Positions 1-12,224 of a DNA stretch of 64,000 nt are shown here, one piece after another. The DNA lies in assembly GCF_018350175.1 (NCBI RefSeq), contig NC_058368.1, positions 8,990,001 through 9,054,000 on the forward strand, given 5' to 3'. Position 1 is the first letter of the stretch. Each line of letters opens with the position of its first letter. The DNA is from Felis catus. Taxonomy: Eukaryota. The notes under the pieces are model-generated. The model was not told where the DNA came from. It worked only from the letters and a program-made list of their open reading frames with translations, and did not search any database. The translations under genes and the position numbers were made by a program.

Positions 1-501
1 GAAAAATTTAATATTCTGATACTCTAATGTCAACACAACAGGATTATTTCAAAACTAGAAATGTCAAAGTCACTCATTCGTAGCCGGACTGGTACCGAAG
101 TACAAAATGTGGCACATATTTGTACCAAAAAAAACCCCAAAATAAACCCCAAACAGAGATGCCCGGGCAGAAGTACAATAAAAATTTAAAATATTTATTA
201 TTCTTTCCACCTGCCAAAATGTTACTATTCAGCCCAAAGACATTTCCTCCTTTAGAACACTACTGTTTCACTAATTATGAAAATATTTATTTAACAAATA
301 TTTGTGGAGCGCCACTTTAGGTGCTACATACAGAGCAGTGAACAAACCAAAGTCCAATTTTAATAGTGTTTTCTTTCTGCACAAATACATAGACCTCAGA
401 TAAGATAACGCTGAACACAGAAAATTGTATCCAGACTTCACTTTCACTTTCAACAGCAAAGTTTTTCCATAACATCAAATATTCTTTGAAAATACCATTT
501 T

Positions 502-713
502 GGGGAGCACCTGGATGGCTCAGTCAGTTCAGCGTCTGACTTCAGCTCAGGTCATGATCTCCCGGTTGGTGAGTTCGAGCCCCACATCGGGCTCTGTGCT
601 GACAGCTCAGAGCCTGGAGCCTGTTTCGGATTCTTTGTCTCGATCTCTCTCTGCCCCTCCCCTGCTCACCCTCTGTCTCTGTCTCTGTCTCTCTCTCTCA
701 GAAGTAAACATTA

Positions 714-780
<67 letters not shown>
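502..780 (+). mobile_element. Can-SINE (SINEC_Fc-type) with (GAAA)n tail
   Basis: tRNA-derived head, (CT)n tract, A-rich tail; TSD GAAAATACCATTTT. Confidence 0.95.
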
Positions 781-781
<1 letters not shown>

Positions 782-794
782 AAATACCATTTTT

Positions 795-1010
795 GGGGCA
801 CGTAGACGGCTCAGTCGGTTAAGCGTCCAACTCTTGATTTCGGCTCAGGTCATGATCTCACGGTTCATGAATTCGAGCCCTGCATCGGGCTCTGTGCTGA
901 CAGTGCAGAGCCTGCTTGGGATTCTGTCTCCCTTTCTCTCTACCTCTCCCTCTCTCCTGTGCTCTCTCTCTCTTTCTCTCTCAAAATACATAAATACATA
1001 AAAAAAAACA
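795..1010 (+). mobile_element. Can-SINE
   Basis: Typical head, CT tract and A tail. Confidence 0.93.
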
Positions 1011-1876
1011 CACACACACATTTTCATTGGCTACGTAATATTCCATCCTACATGGTGTCATAATTTACCAAAAGACATTTCTAAATGCTTACCACAAGAC
1101 AAAAATACAAACAACAGACGCAGTCAAATATAGCATGTAAAACCTAGATTTAGGACCTTAGGTAGGGGAGACAAATACAATCTTACCAACTCACAGACCC
1201 CGGGCAGTGGACGTCGACACCTTCTTCACCTTGCACCACATGAAGGTCTAATTTGTGAATCTCCCTTTATAAGCCTCACTCCCTCTTTGATCCAAGAGAA
1301 CATTGTCTGCACAGAACAATACGTTTTCATTTCAATTTCCCTTCTTTTCAGGAAAGGAAATGTTTGCACTTCAAAGGGCTTCTTTGAAGAGCAGCCCTCC
1401 GGGTCCTGGCCCATCCAGGTTAGGAGTTCCGTGGCCTCAGCGGGGTGTCTACTATCTGGGCGTCTGCCCACCCTGTCACCCTCAAGGCCAGCTCCTTCAA
1501 GGAGAGGGTCTGGTGCAGGAGAAGAAAAAATAAACACATGGAAAAATACTTGAGGCTTTTGATCACGCCCTTCAGAAGCCCTTTTTCACACATAATGTAG
1601 GTTTACAGCTCAGGGAAACTGAGGTCCACAGGATGGGAAGCCGTGGACGTCGCAGCTTCTTGGAACAAAACCACTCAGCAAAGTCCCCTTCGGGGCCAGG
1701 AAAAAGTGAGCCCCTTTCAGTTACTGCTGGTAATGACTAAGGGCGTGGCCTGGATAAATGAAATGCGGGAGCAAGATCCACCCTTCACATGGAAGTTTTG
1801 GAACTTTCCCCCAGAAACTTGAGGGCAGCACAGTTACTAACAAAGAGCAAAATTCACAATGTAGAATTTCACCTCT

Positions 1877-2075
1877 GGGAGCCTAGGTGGCTCAGTGGGT
1901 TGAGTGTCCAACTCTTGATTTTGGCTCAGGTCATGATGCCAGGGTCGTGAGATCAAGCCCTGCATCAGGCTCCACACTGAGCACAGAGCCTGCTTAAGAT
2001 TCTCTCTCCCCCGCCTCTGCCCTCTCCCCTGTCCGTGCACTCTCTCTAAAATAAATTAAAAAATAAAAAAGAAGA
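1877..2075 (+). mobile_element. Can-SINE
   Basis: Typical head, CT tract and A tail. Confidence 0.9.
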
Positions 2076-2702
2076 AGAATTTGGCCCGATTTCTCCACTG
2101 GCCCACTCGTGGGGGCCCAAGAGGTTCAACAACAGGCAAGCCTAACAACCATGTTAAATAACCACAAATTATCTGCCAAGCGGCCAGTACCATTTCTTGG
2201 ATCGAGGCCCCGTGCCCAACCTCCCCTTCTGCCAAGTCTAGGAAGTCAGGGGTACATAGCGGACAAGAGAAGACCTGCAACATTTCTTTTCAAGTCTTGA
2301 ACAAGTTCTGGGTATATGCTAAGGATCTCCACTCTTGCCTACCCTGAGGTGGTTCAGTTCAGCTGCTCAGGGGGGCGACCGCCCAAGAAGTGGGCAGGAG
2401 CAGGAAAGATTCCACTCTGCCCAGCTCCAGACAGGGAGCCCGCCCCTCCTCACAGCCCAAGGACGCCATGGGCTCCTGCCCTGGGTGTCTGGGGTGCAGG
2501 TCTGGGAGACCAGGTCACCCTGAGTGGAAGTCTTCCACTCACCTTTCTGCAAGCCCCTTACCTAGCCTGGAGCTAAGCTCCTGCGCTGGAATAACAAATG
2601 GTTTTTGTTTTCCCGTTCTCTTCTATTTTTCTGGTTTCCAAATTTTTCGCAATGAGCATTCTAACACTCAGAAACAATTTTTCTTAAAGAGCCTTATGAG
2701 AT

Positions 2703-2897
2703 TGGAGTGCCTGCGTGGCTCAGTCGACTAAGGGTCAGACTTTGGCTCAGGTCATGATCTCATGGCCGGTGAGTTCGAGCCCCGCATCAGGCTCTCTGCT
2801 GTCAGCAAGAGCCCGCTTAGGATCCCCTGTTCCCCCCCACCCCAGGCCTGTCCTGTGTGCACTCTCTCTCTCTCAAAAATAAACAAACATTTTCTAA
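2703..2897 (+). mobile_element. Can-SINE
   Basis: Typical structure; TSD AAAGAG(C/G)CTTATGAGA. Confidence 0.92.
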
Positions 2898-3019
2898 AAA
2901 GAGGCTTATGAGAAATTTAGACCACAGTTCCTTTGAAAGATCCCCTCCCATACGCACTAAAGTCATATATATTTTTATGCATCTACACATTAATTATGTG
3001 TAGAGAGAGATGGCTATAA

Positions 3020-3400
3020 AGGACATTATCTGGACAAGTGAAAGTTGAATACGGACCGTGGACTAGATAGCAACGTATATCAAATGTGTATCAATGTTCA
3101 GTTTCCTGATTCAGATAACATACTGTGGTCATGCAAGAAAACATCCTTATTCTTAGGAAATACACACTGAAGGATGTAGGGGTAAGGTAAATAAAAGGCC
3201 TGAGGTCTTCAGCTTACTCTCAAATCACTCAGGAAAAAAAAACCGCATATAGGTGTGTGCAGACAGATCAATGGAGATAAAGCCATAGATACCTACATAG
3301 AAGAAAAGAAGGAAAAAGTTAAAGAATGGGTTAATTTAAGAAAGGGTACACAGGGCTTCCTTGTACTACTGCAACTTTTAAGTTTGAAACGTTATACAAA
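3020..3400 (+). mobile_element. Old L1 3' UTR fragment (L1MC4-like)
   Basis: TTCCTGATT..ACTGTGGT..CCTTATTCTTAGGAAATACACACTGAAG..CTTACTCTCAAAT motifs. Confidence 0.7.
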
Positions 3401-4109
3401 CAAGGTGGGGAGAGCACAGGAGAAATGGAGAAAGGCAGGAGGGGGTTGGAACACTTCCCTCCCTCCACCTGCCAGCTTCATGGCCCTGGCTGCTACCCTG
3501 CCTGGGACAGCCAGCCTCAGCACACTAACCAACAGAGTCAAGACCTGGGTCTCCAGAAGGCGGCCGACTTCGTCCCACACGCCGTCCCTGGTTCCCACAG
3601 AGGGCTCTCCTCCCTGCAGAGGGCTCTCCTCGAGCCAAGACGGCTGGACGTGCAGGAGTAAAACAGGGCTCTCCCGTGGCCTGGGCGGCAAGTCCCATAT
3701 CCATTCTGCTCCAGTGACGAGGATGCCAAACTGCGACCCAGGGAGACTGCGGCCCTCCTGACGTCCGACACCCACGCCGGCTCCCCGTCTGGACACCTCC
3801 CTGCACAGCTGTCCGGGGCACCAGAGCTCCAGCCATGCCACGAACACAGGGCTCCGCTCTGGGCACAGAGGGGGGAAAGCACTGTGTCCCAGGCCAGCGG
3901 GAGTGGAGGAAAAGCAGGGCACCGTCCAGTGGCACGGCGGGCTCCGCAGCTCCGGGGCTGCGTGGGCAGTGGGGCTGAGCGGCCGCGGGTGCACGGGCTG
4001 AAACCCCAGGCCTGGCACTGCCTGCTGCGTGGGCGTGCCAGAACGCGGTCCCGGGAGAGGCCGGGGCCCGTCGAGGCTGCCATGCACAGCCCTGAGGCAC
4101 ACTGAAGGT

Positions 4110-4310
4110 CGGGACTCTGAGCCGGGCCCCTAGGGGTCCAGTCCTCACTCTGCCACCGACTGCCCGAGCGCGTGCCTGCGGGCGACTTGCATCACTTCTC
4201 AGGGCTTCCGTTTCCCATCTCTCAAAATAGTGGCATCAACCTCACTGGGCGGCTGTGAGGATTCCGTGAAGACATAAAATGCCAAGTACACAGTGAGTAC
4301 TCACTACGCG
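4110..4310 (+). mobile_element. MIR
   Basis: CTCTGCCAC..TTTCCCATCT..AAAAT..GTGAGGATT core. Confidence 0.65.
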
Positions 4311-5324
4311 CTTGTGATTCTTCATCTTACCCTGCCCTGGGCCTCTCCCTTCCTTCCTATTTGATGTAACAGACTCTGGCTAATGGTACTTGGTAGACAG
4401 ATAAGAAGACACAGAAGAAAAGAACGTTTCCAAGCTGACCTTAAGATGGGAAGACAACAGTTACAACACCGCGATGAAGCAACAGTAAGAGCGGGTAAGA
4501 GCGGGTTTGCGCCCTTCCCTCCCACTGCTGCCCCCCCCCGAAGTGTCCACCACGTCCACCCCAAGGCACTTAGGGGATCCCACGTTGCCACCTCAAGGAA
4601 GAGAGGAAATAAGGTGGAAAACAGAGATGGCTCTGTTTGGCTACGGTTTTCAAACTCAAAGCCGTCAGGGTAATTTGGACAAAATATGTGGGGGATCAGG
4701 ATGACTGACGAGGGCAGATCACCCCAGCACGCACGCGCACACACACCCACACTGTTACTCACATACGCGTGCACACAGACACACACCAGCAAGCACCGAG
4801 AATGAGGCTGTGAGCTCCGCTTTCCAGAGGGACAAGGAGTGGCTAAACCCAAAGTGCGTGGATCTGACATCTAAAGGAACCTGACCTCCAACACACCCAG
4901 AGCAGTCCCTGATCCCCAGAGGGCTTATGGCTGCAAGGTCACCGAGGCAGGCAGAGCCAACACAGCCCCAGAGACCGTGGTTCCTCCCCGCCATATCTCC
5001 CTTCCCCATTGTAGCAAAAAGGCCACAGAATGACCTCAACTGTAAAAGGACAGTGGTAGAGACCGCCCTCCAGGTCTAAAGGGGACAATGATACAGGAAC
5101 TAAGGTCATATCCACAGATCCTAGACCTGGGTCAGCAGATGCCTCAAAAGCTCAATGTCCCCCCAAAACTTTGGCACTATGTCCGAGCCCTGCAATACAG
5201 ACACAATTGCAAGGGAAAGGGACTATGTTTTAACCCCCTGGCAAAGTGGGAGACTGAAACAAACTTGTCCTAGGAATTACTTTTCTCCACACCTAAATCA
5301 AAGAACTGAGCTTTCTGTCCAGTA

Positions 5325-5450
5325 TAATAGTTACCATTTATTTGAAGCACTTGGTATGTACCAGAAGCCATGTCAAGTACATAACATAGATTACCTCATT
5401 TAAATCCTTTCAATCCTACAAGGTTGGCACTAGAAGCCGATTATTATGCC
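5325..5450 (-). mobile_element. MIR fragment
   Basis: Resembles reverse-strand MIR (CATTTATT..GCACTT..TATGTACCAG..CTCATTTAAATCCT). Confidence 0.6.
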
Positions 5451-7319
5451 AACAATATGGAAAAGACTTTAAGTGTGAAAAATACGATAGGAAAGGCACT
5501 TATCCTGTAAGCAGACCGCACTCCAGGACCCAGAACTTTCTGCATGACAAGATCCATGGCATCTCCTTTGACCCTGCAGTGCATGGCCCCGTGGGGAACT
5601 CAGGGTGGCCACGCAGAGCAGAGGCTACCCCCCTGCAGCCAGAGTCTCTAGACCACCTGCTAAGTGGTCTCTACAATGGAGAACTCGCTACGCATGGAGA
5701 ACACAGCATGCAGGTCCCATTCCTAAACAAACGGGAAAATATTTAGTTGTTCTCACAGTCAAGAACGTTATCTGAACAAATATTCTGGAGAAAGCACTAT
5801 AGCAGAAATATGGAATGTTAAGGAAACACAACTGCCCATGCCCTCTGCGCCTCCAGAAAAAGGGAGAAAAGGCTGACAATCCACTCAGGAAAAAGGGAGA
5901 GAGGATACAGAACTACACACGGCCCAACTAAGGGACACTCTTCTACCTCCAGAAAAGTCCACCTGGCAGCAGCCTTTGAAGGCTTTCCTGAGCTTGACTT
6001 CTGGTTCCCATGATCAGAATAATAGACCGGTAATAGAAAGAACTTACTCCACGGAAGAAATCTAAATGTATTGATTTGGGATCTTTACTCTTCTAAAGTA
6101 CACTATGGAACTCATAGTTTGTGAGCTTCTTTACTGTGAGGCCGAGGGAAGGCTTCCCCAGTCTGTGGATGGAGCAGGTCTACAGAGTTGGGAGAGTCTA
6201 AATGCTCTGGGAGCTGCACGCAGAGTAGCAAAGCGAGGACTCCAGAAGCCTAGGGTTGGTACTACTCGTCCTGGGCTCCCCAAAGCAACCTCCTTCAGGG
6301 CACATCATCTCAGGCTCCACTGAAGCTGTAAAGGCCTCTAACCACACACGGCTCTAACTTGTTTACACAGTTTGTTCACCAAATGTATGATCTGGTAGTC
6401 CGAACAGTTACTGACAATCAACAGAGGGGGAAAGCCAAAGAACAGACACTGGGTGTGGCAGGATGGGTCAACTCTATGCCAGAATCAATCCTAATGTCCA
6501 GAAAGGTCTTTCCTACAGCCTATGCTTCTGGGAGGAATGAATCCAAACCAATGGGTAAGGTAAAGGGCTTCACTCACAGCTCTGCCAATACGTATCTGAA
6601 GGAATGCCTTTAGAATGGAATGAACACGTTTAGCAGTCCACCAAATCGTTTTACCAATCTGTTGCCCATTCTTCTGACCCACAGGTGGCAAATGCACTAA
6701 ACCTCCCGTGATAAATCAGGGCGCAGTTTGAACAACTGCAGGGGTGCTTATATTCAAAGCTTCTTTGGAGTCAGCATTGGGGATGGGGGGGGTGGATTAT
6801 GGAGAAAGAGAAAAGAAAAGCCCCTAAAGTTTACTACAAGGCTGTTAATCTGCCACGAAAGATGGTACTACTCTATCCTGTGACTGGAAGAGACGTAAAT
6901 CGTTGTGCTGGATAGAACCTTGGCTGGGGATCCGATGCCAGTGACCCAAGGCACAAGAAACCCCTGGAAGGCAGGTGCCCTGAAGACCCAGGAATGAAAA
7001 AGGAGGCACACCCCACGTGGCAGGGGTCCCCATCCCGGCAGTGGGACAAACCCACGGCCAAGGTGTCCACTGGAGGGTGGTAGGGAAGCACGGGGAGTCT
7101 ACAAGCACAAAGAGATCCCCCAGTTAGGTGTGAGCCAGCAAGAAAGCTAGGTGAAAAGGAAGATGGTCACCAACCTGGGAGAGGTGGCTGTGACACAGTC
7201 ATGCATTTGTGAGAAGGGGCCCCAAGAGGACAGATCTAGTTCAGCTCTGCCCCTTGAGGATGGAAATATCTAAAAACGGTCAGTTGTGACTTAAGGAAAA
7301 AAAAAAAAAAAAGGTCCTT

Positions 7320-7778
7320 CCCAACATGCTCTTTCCTCTACCTTCCCCATCCCGTTAATACGGCAGTTCTACTCCTTGGAATTGTATTTAACTTCTTTCA
7401 CACCACACATGGAAGCCACTGGCCAAGCCTGTTGAGTCTCCCTTTAAAATCTACAGATGGAACAAGGAGATAAGTCTAGAACTGGGGAGGAACTCAACCA
7501 CCTCAGGTTTCTACCATCTCCACCCGGGTCCAAGTCGCCACCACCTCTCAAGGAAACGACATATGGCCACTCTCTCTTCTGCACAAATAACCTGCAGCTG
7601 GATTTTATTCCAGACTTAAGTTACACCAGTCTCTGAACTGGTCTCCAGGCTTCTATGCCTGCCTACTTCCCCCCCACCTCTGTCTCTTCTTCACAAACTT
7701 TTCAAGTAATCCTCTGATGGTTCTCCGCTTCATCTAAAGTAAACCAGAGTCCTCATGGTCCATGAGATCTGCCCTCGA
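7320..7778 (+). mobile_element. L2 fragment
   Basis: GTCCAAG..CACCACCTCTC..AACTGGTCTCC..GCTTC L2-like motifs. Confidence 0.55.
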
Positions 7779-9554
7779 CTGGAACAAGGCAGTGGTAGAG
7801 ACAGCCCCCAGGCCCAAAGAAGCCAATGACACAGAAAAACACTAGGGTCCCGTCCACAGGTCCTGCTTGGAGTGAGGACCAAGAACCAGGTGGAATGATG
7901 AATAACTACATGATGCCTGTGGGTTAGAGGAAAATGTTTCTCTCTATAACAAGGACGGACTTATTCCTATTTCAAATTCCTCTCTAGGATTAATAAACCA
8001 GTACCTCCAAATACATAGTAATGAAAAGGGATTAATCCAGTTAGACACAATGCTGGCCTCTCCAACAGAGTTACATTATTTTTACTTGCCTTAGGCAAAA
8101 AGAAACTCCAGACTAGAACAATCAATAAACATGTATTTTTACCGAATATAATTAATATGTGTCTTAGAATTCAAGCTCCCCAAGGTCAGCAATGCTGCCT
8201 TCCAACCCTTTCCACTACAGCAAATAGTTATACACATAAGAGCACTCAGGTGGCTCAAATCCAGATTCAAACAACCACGTACATTTCTGATCTCTATGAA
8301 GTTTTGTCCTGTTAGTCAGAACTCCTTCAACACTCTTTAGATTTCTTTATAATGACCAAATCTGATCTTAATATGCTAAACCTTTAGAAACTATTTTAAG
8401 CCATTGTTGACTTTGTTCCCTAACTTCTATTCTGACTGTGTGTGACTTAAATGAGACCTTTTGTTTTAATGACAGAGGGTGTGTTCATATAAAAATAACG
8501 ATAATTTCCACTGAGACCAACTAAAAATACCAGGGGAATAAATGTATCATGGTTTCCTATTATCTGAACCAAACATAAAGGACAAGAAATGTTATGATAA
8601 CTCCCTAATAAATTATAATTCCAATTAAAGACAACGAGGAAATTCAACCACAGGCCAAAAGTACACAGTTCTGCCGGGTCAAATTTTAAAGAGCACATTT
8701 TTAGGGAAATACACCAGGGACTGAAATCCCAACCCTCTCCTCCTGTAACTAAACCTGCAATAAAACACAACCGTAGGTTAATTCTATAGGAGAGCCTGAC
8801 CCTGTGTATTGGGAGGTGTAGTTTTCCTGCTGAAGGCACATGTCTGTATCCTAATCTTAACAAGTCAAACAGAACTCCTATCTCCCACACTCGCTGAAAA
8901 GAGGAAGGAGCTAAAATAAAATAGCGCGTTGCTGTAGTACTACAGCCTCACGGCTGCTCTGTGTACACACAGGTTTAGAACGCCTGCCTGACCTGCTCAG
9001 TCTGGGACGTTTTCTACTACGCAGAAAGGAACACAGGGCGAATAGGTTGTCTTTATTAAGCCGGAAGAACTTCCTCTCGCTCCAAACCATCTGGAAGGCT
9101 CGAAGAACTCAGCCTTCGCAGGTCAAATCTAGTCACGAGGAAGCCCACCCAGGGGGGGGCGGAACTTGCCCGAAATAACCCTGGAGACTCAGACAAGAGG
9201 TGTAGACAGGCCGGGGAGTGACACGAGGTCTAGGGAAGAGAGGTGGGCGCCGCAGGCAGGGTGCGGGGGTGAACCGCTATCCCTCGGCGGGCCACCTGCC
9301 GCGGGACCACCCCCCGCGGCCGCAGGGCGGGCTCCCACCGCTGCGATGACACATCGCGGACCTCGTGGCGGGGCGGGGTGCTCCGCTCCGCGCCATGTAA
9401 GGGCAGGCCTCCGGATGCCTCCCGGGCCGGCCCGCGTGCCCGCTCCGGCTCTCGCCCCCTGCCCACCCCGACCACCCCGAGCGTCCCGGCGCGGGGTCGC
9501 TGGCCGGCGCGCGCGCGGCCGGCATCACGGCGGCGCCGGGTCGTCCACGCTTAC

Positions 9555-9650
9555 TCACTCGGTGTTGCATCATGCACCACACCGCGCCTTCAGGGAACCA
9601 AAATGGACTCCGGTGGAGGAGACAGCCGCATGGGCACCGGCCCCGCGCGC
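9555..9650 (-). other. Probable alternative 5' exon with overlapping donors; contains a 13-codon uORF (MRLSPPPESILVP*) and ATG-ATG (MMQHR) before the donor
   Basis: Lower-GC stretch inside the island ending CAACACCGA|GTGA|GTAAGC; ATG at 9631, TGA at 9592-9590, ATGATG at 9573-9568; 5' boundary uncertain. Confidence 0.5.
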
Positions 9651-9825
9651 ACAGCCCCGCGCCCGCCCTGCCCTCGCCCACCCCGGAGGATGCCGGCGCC
9701 CCGGGCGCCCGCCCCTCCCCGCTCCCCGCGCCGCCCTCCCGCGGCCCCACGCGGCGCCGGGGGCCCCTCCAAGGTGACCCGGACCCGGGCAGCCGCCCTG
9801 GCGCCGGCGGGGGCCGGGCACTCAC

Positions 9826-10022
9826 CGCGGCGGCGGGCGGGCGGACTGCCGGTGGCAGGATGCGGACCAGTCCTCCGAGGGACTCGGGCACGCGCGGCCG
9901 GACGACGGCGGATCGGACGGAGGCGCGGCGCGCGGGGAGCGGGAGCTGCGGTGAGCGGATGCCGGCTGGCCTCGCGCCCCGCGCGGCAGATGACCGGAGG
10001 CTCACACCTGCCCGCGCTGACT
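9826..10022 (-). other. Probable non-coding first exon (5' UTR) of an unidentified gene
   Basis: Starts at Inr-like CCATTCAGTC and ends at donor GCG|GTGAGT (plus-strand ACTCAC 9820-9825); I see no ATG in it; TSS inferred from motif only. Confidence 0.7.
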
Positions 10023-11984
10023 GAATGGAGCGTGGAGGGCGGGCGGGCTCCGGCGCCGGGTTTCATCAGCCGTGCGCCCGGCCCCCCGCCCCTAGCGCCC
10101 GCCCCCGGGCCCTGGCAGCCTCGGGCCCGCTCGCGCGCGTCACCGCCGGGCACCAATGGGAGTGCGGCGCGGTGGCGGCGGCGGGCCCGGGGCGGCGGCC
10201 GGGGCGGGGCGGGGGGCGGGGCGGGGCGTCTTCGCGCCCTGCGCCCGGACCTGGGGTTCCCCCGGCGGGCGGGCCGGCCGGCCGGGCGGCGCCTCCTGGA
10301 GCTTTCGCGGCTGCCCCGCCCTCTTGTTGCCATAGCCCAGCCAATCGGAGCCCGCGGCGCGACCGCATCCTCCCGTCCTCTGACAGCCCGTCCGCGCGGG
10401 CCAGGGCTAGTGCCGCAGGCTCTGCAGTGCCACCCCGAGCGGAGCTGACACCGAGCTCGAGTCCAGTGTTCCTTTTCCAGAAATGAAACATCTGAGAGGC
10501 GCTTCAAGGTTTCGTTTTGTTTTGTTCTTAATAAATCTTCATTTCTTTGTCACTGGATTGTTTTATCATTTGCTATTCCTGTTTTTAATAAGCAACTTAT
10601 CCTCACCCTTTGCCAGGAAGCCTGAATCTGCCTGGGTCCCTTAGCAGTAGGACAAGCACACCTGACCGGGTGGCTTGATCACAGCGGCTTACTTCCAGAG
10701 TTACTCTTCCGGAGATGGCAAAAACTTTAGAACCGAACCCCACAGTGCTCACCTAACAAGCTCCCTGTTTACTGTCTCTCTTTGCTGCAAAAACCCACGC
10801 AAGAATCACAGCCTATAAAGATCCAGTAATCTGTGACACGGGAGACATGAACGGGTCAGAGAATCCCGCCAGCCTCCTAACTTTGTAAGAAAACAGAAAA
10901 ACGATAGCACAGTGTTCATGACCTTGGAATCCTTTCCACACCTTCTAAACACACCCCCTTCAGAAAGGTTTTAACGAACACACAGAAATGGGCTAATACT
11001 GGTAATGCACTGTGAACAGTGTTTGGTGTCCTAATAAGCAACTAGGTGTGTGTTGTTTCAAAACGAATTTCAGTTTCAGCTGTACGGTGCTGAAACCATC
11101 TGCTGGGGTTGCATTATGGAGGTCTCCCGTGCTGGAGCTCTTCCTGAATCCCACACAGCTTCCTTCACTTGCTGATAATGCCATCAAAGGATGTCCCCTT
11201 CCCACAGAAGGAAGCCTGGTGTGATTCAGGGACCATCCTCTTTGCCTTTGCACCAGATCTGGATTTGAATCTGAATTCTACCATTTGCTGTGTGGTCTTC
11301 TTTGAGCTATTCCACCTCTGTTTGGAGCATCTAAGCCTTATGTTTTTTTTTTTTTTTTTTAAACCCTATATTCTTATCAGAAGTCTATCCCTTAGTGTTT
11401 GAAATATGACTGTGGGATTTTTTTTTAAGACTCTTGGCAGTAAAATAGAATTTAGAAGGCTGTAGAGGTGCCCTGCTTGGACAACACAGAGAGGGTACAT
11501 ACAGTTAAGACATGTACATTCTAAAAGCAAGTATTTCAGGCCCTGATGGGGGAGAACTTATCCAAGGGGATTTTTAGCACTGTGCTCAGTTTAGCAATCC
11601 AACCCAGCAGGCTTTGTCATCAGGAGGACAATAGGAGACCCTCAATGACAAGGCCCATAAGCAAGCAACTTCCTGGCAAAAAGGATTCAGTGTGAACCAG
11701 GGAAAGAACAAATATGCTCAAGGTCTCAGCAAAAAGGGGAAAAGCGTTAAAAAAAACAAACAAACTGACTGAATGTTTTCAGTAAAGCTAAATTTCAGGC
11801 AGGTTAGGATTCACACAGCAGGCCCAGAGGGACCAATGAGTGACAGGCAACCTTGATTAGAATCAAGGAGCAAATAAGCCATGATTTCAGAGACCATTAA
11901 GGAAAGGAGATGCTTGAATTTAGGCCCTGCAAAGCATCTTAGAAAGTTAAGCTTGACAGACCAGGTCCCAGCCTAGCACCATCA

Positions 11985-12190
11985 GGCAGCATGGAGATAA
12001 AGAAAGTGCAGAGAATCAGAGTCAGACAGATGGGGTTTTCACGTCTACCTCTGCTTCCTGCTAGCTGCTGGCCGGGGGAAATTGTGTTTGTCCTCTCTCG
12101 GCCTCAGTTTCCCCAACTTCAAAGTAAGGATTTTACCACCTGCTGGATACGCGCAACTTTGTGGTGAGAATGAAAAATATGTATTCAGGA
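11985..12190 (+). mobile_element. MIR (5' and core part)
   Basis: GAGTCAGACAGA..GGCCTCAGTTTCCCC..GTGAGAATGAAA. Confidence 0.7.
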
Positions 12191-12224
12191 AAACTGGGGG
12201 GAAAAAAGAAAAATACGTGTAAAG

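Larger units (their letters stand above)
9200..10450. promoter_or_regulatory. CpG island promoter of a minus-strand gene
   Basis: Very high GC and CpG density relative to flanks; many GC boxes (GGGCGG), CCAAT at 10153-10157 and 10341-10345, Inr-like TCAGTC on the minus strand at 10024-10019, minus-strand splice donors inside the island. Confidence 0.92.

Noticed and set aside
3255..4870. ORFs of 168-236 aa on both strands
   Set aside because: Mutually overlapping, GC-driven and partly within L1 or MIR; no recognisable protein similarity.
6572..6640. Possible 18-nt minus-strand microexon (6595-6578; TTCCTTCAG| ... GCT|GTGAGT)
   Set aside because: Weak exonic donor context and a short pyrimidine tract; compatible with chance.
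9166..10507. Long overlapping ORFs (200-356 aa) across the CpG island
   Set aside because: Arg/Pro/Gly/Ala-rich in all frames on both strands, as expected from stop-codon scarcity in GC-rich DNA; no recognisable domain.
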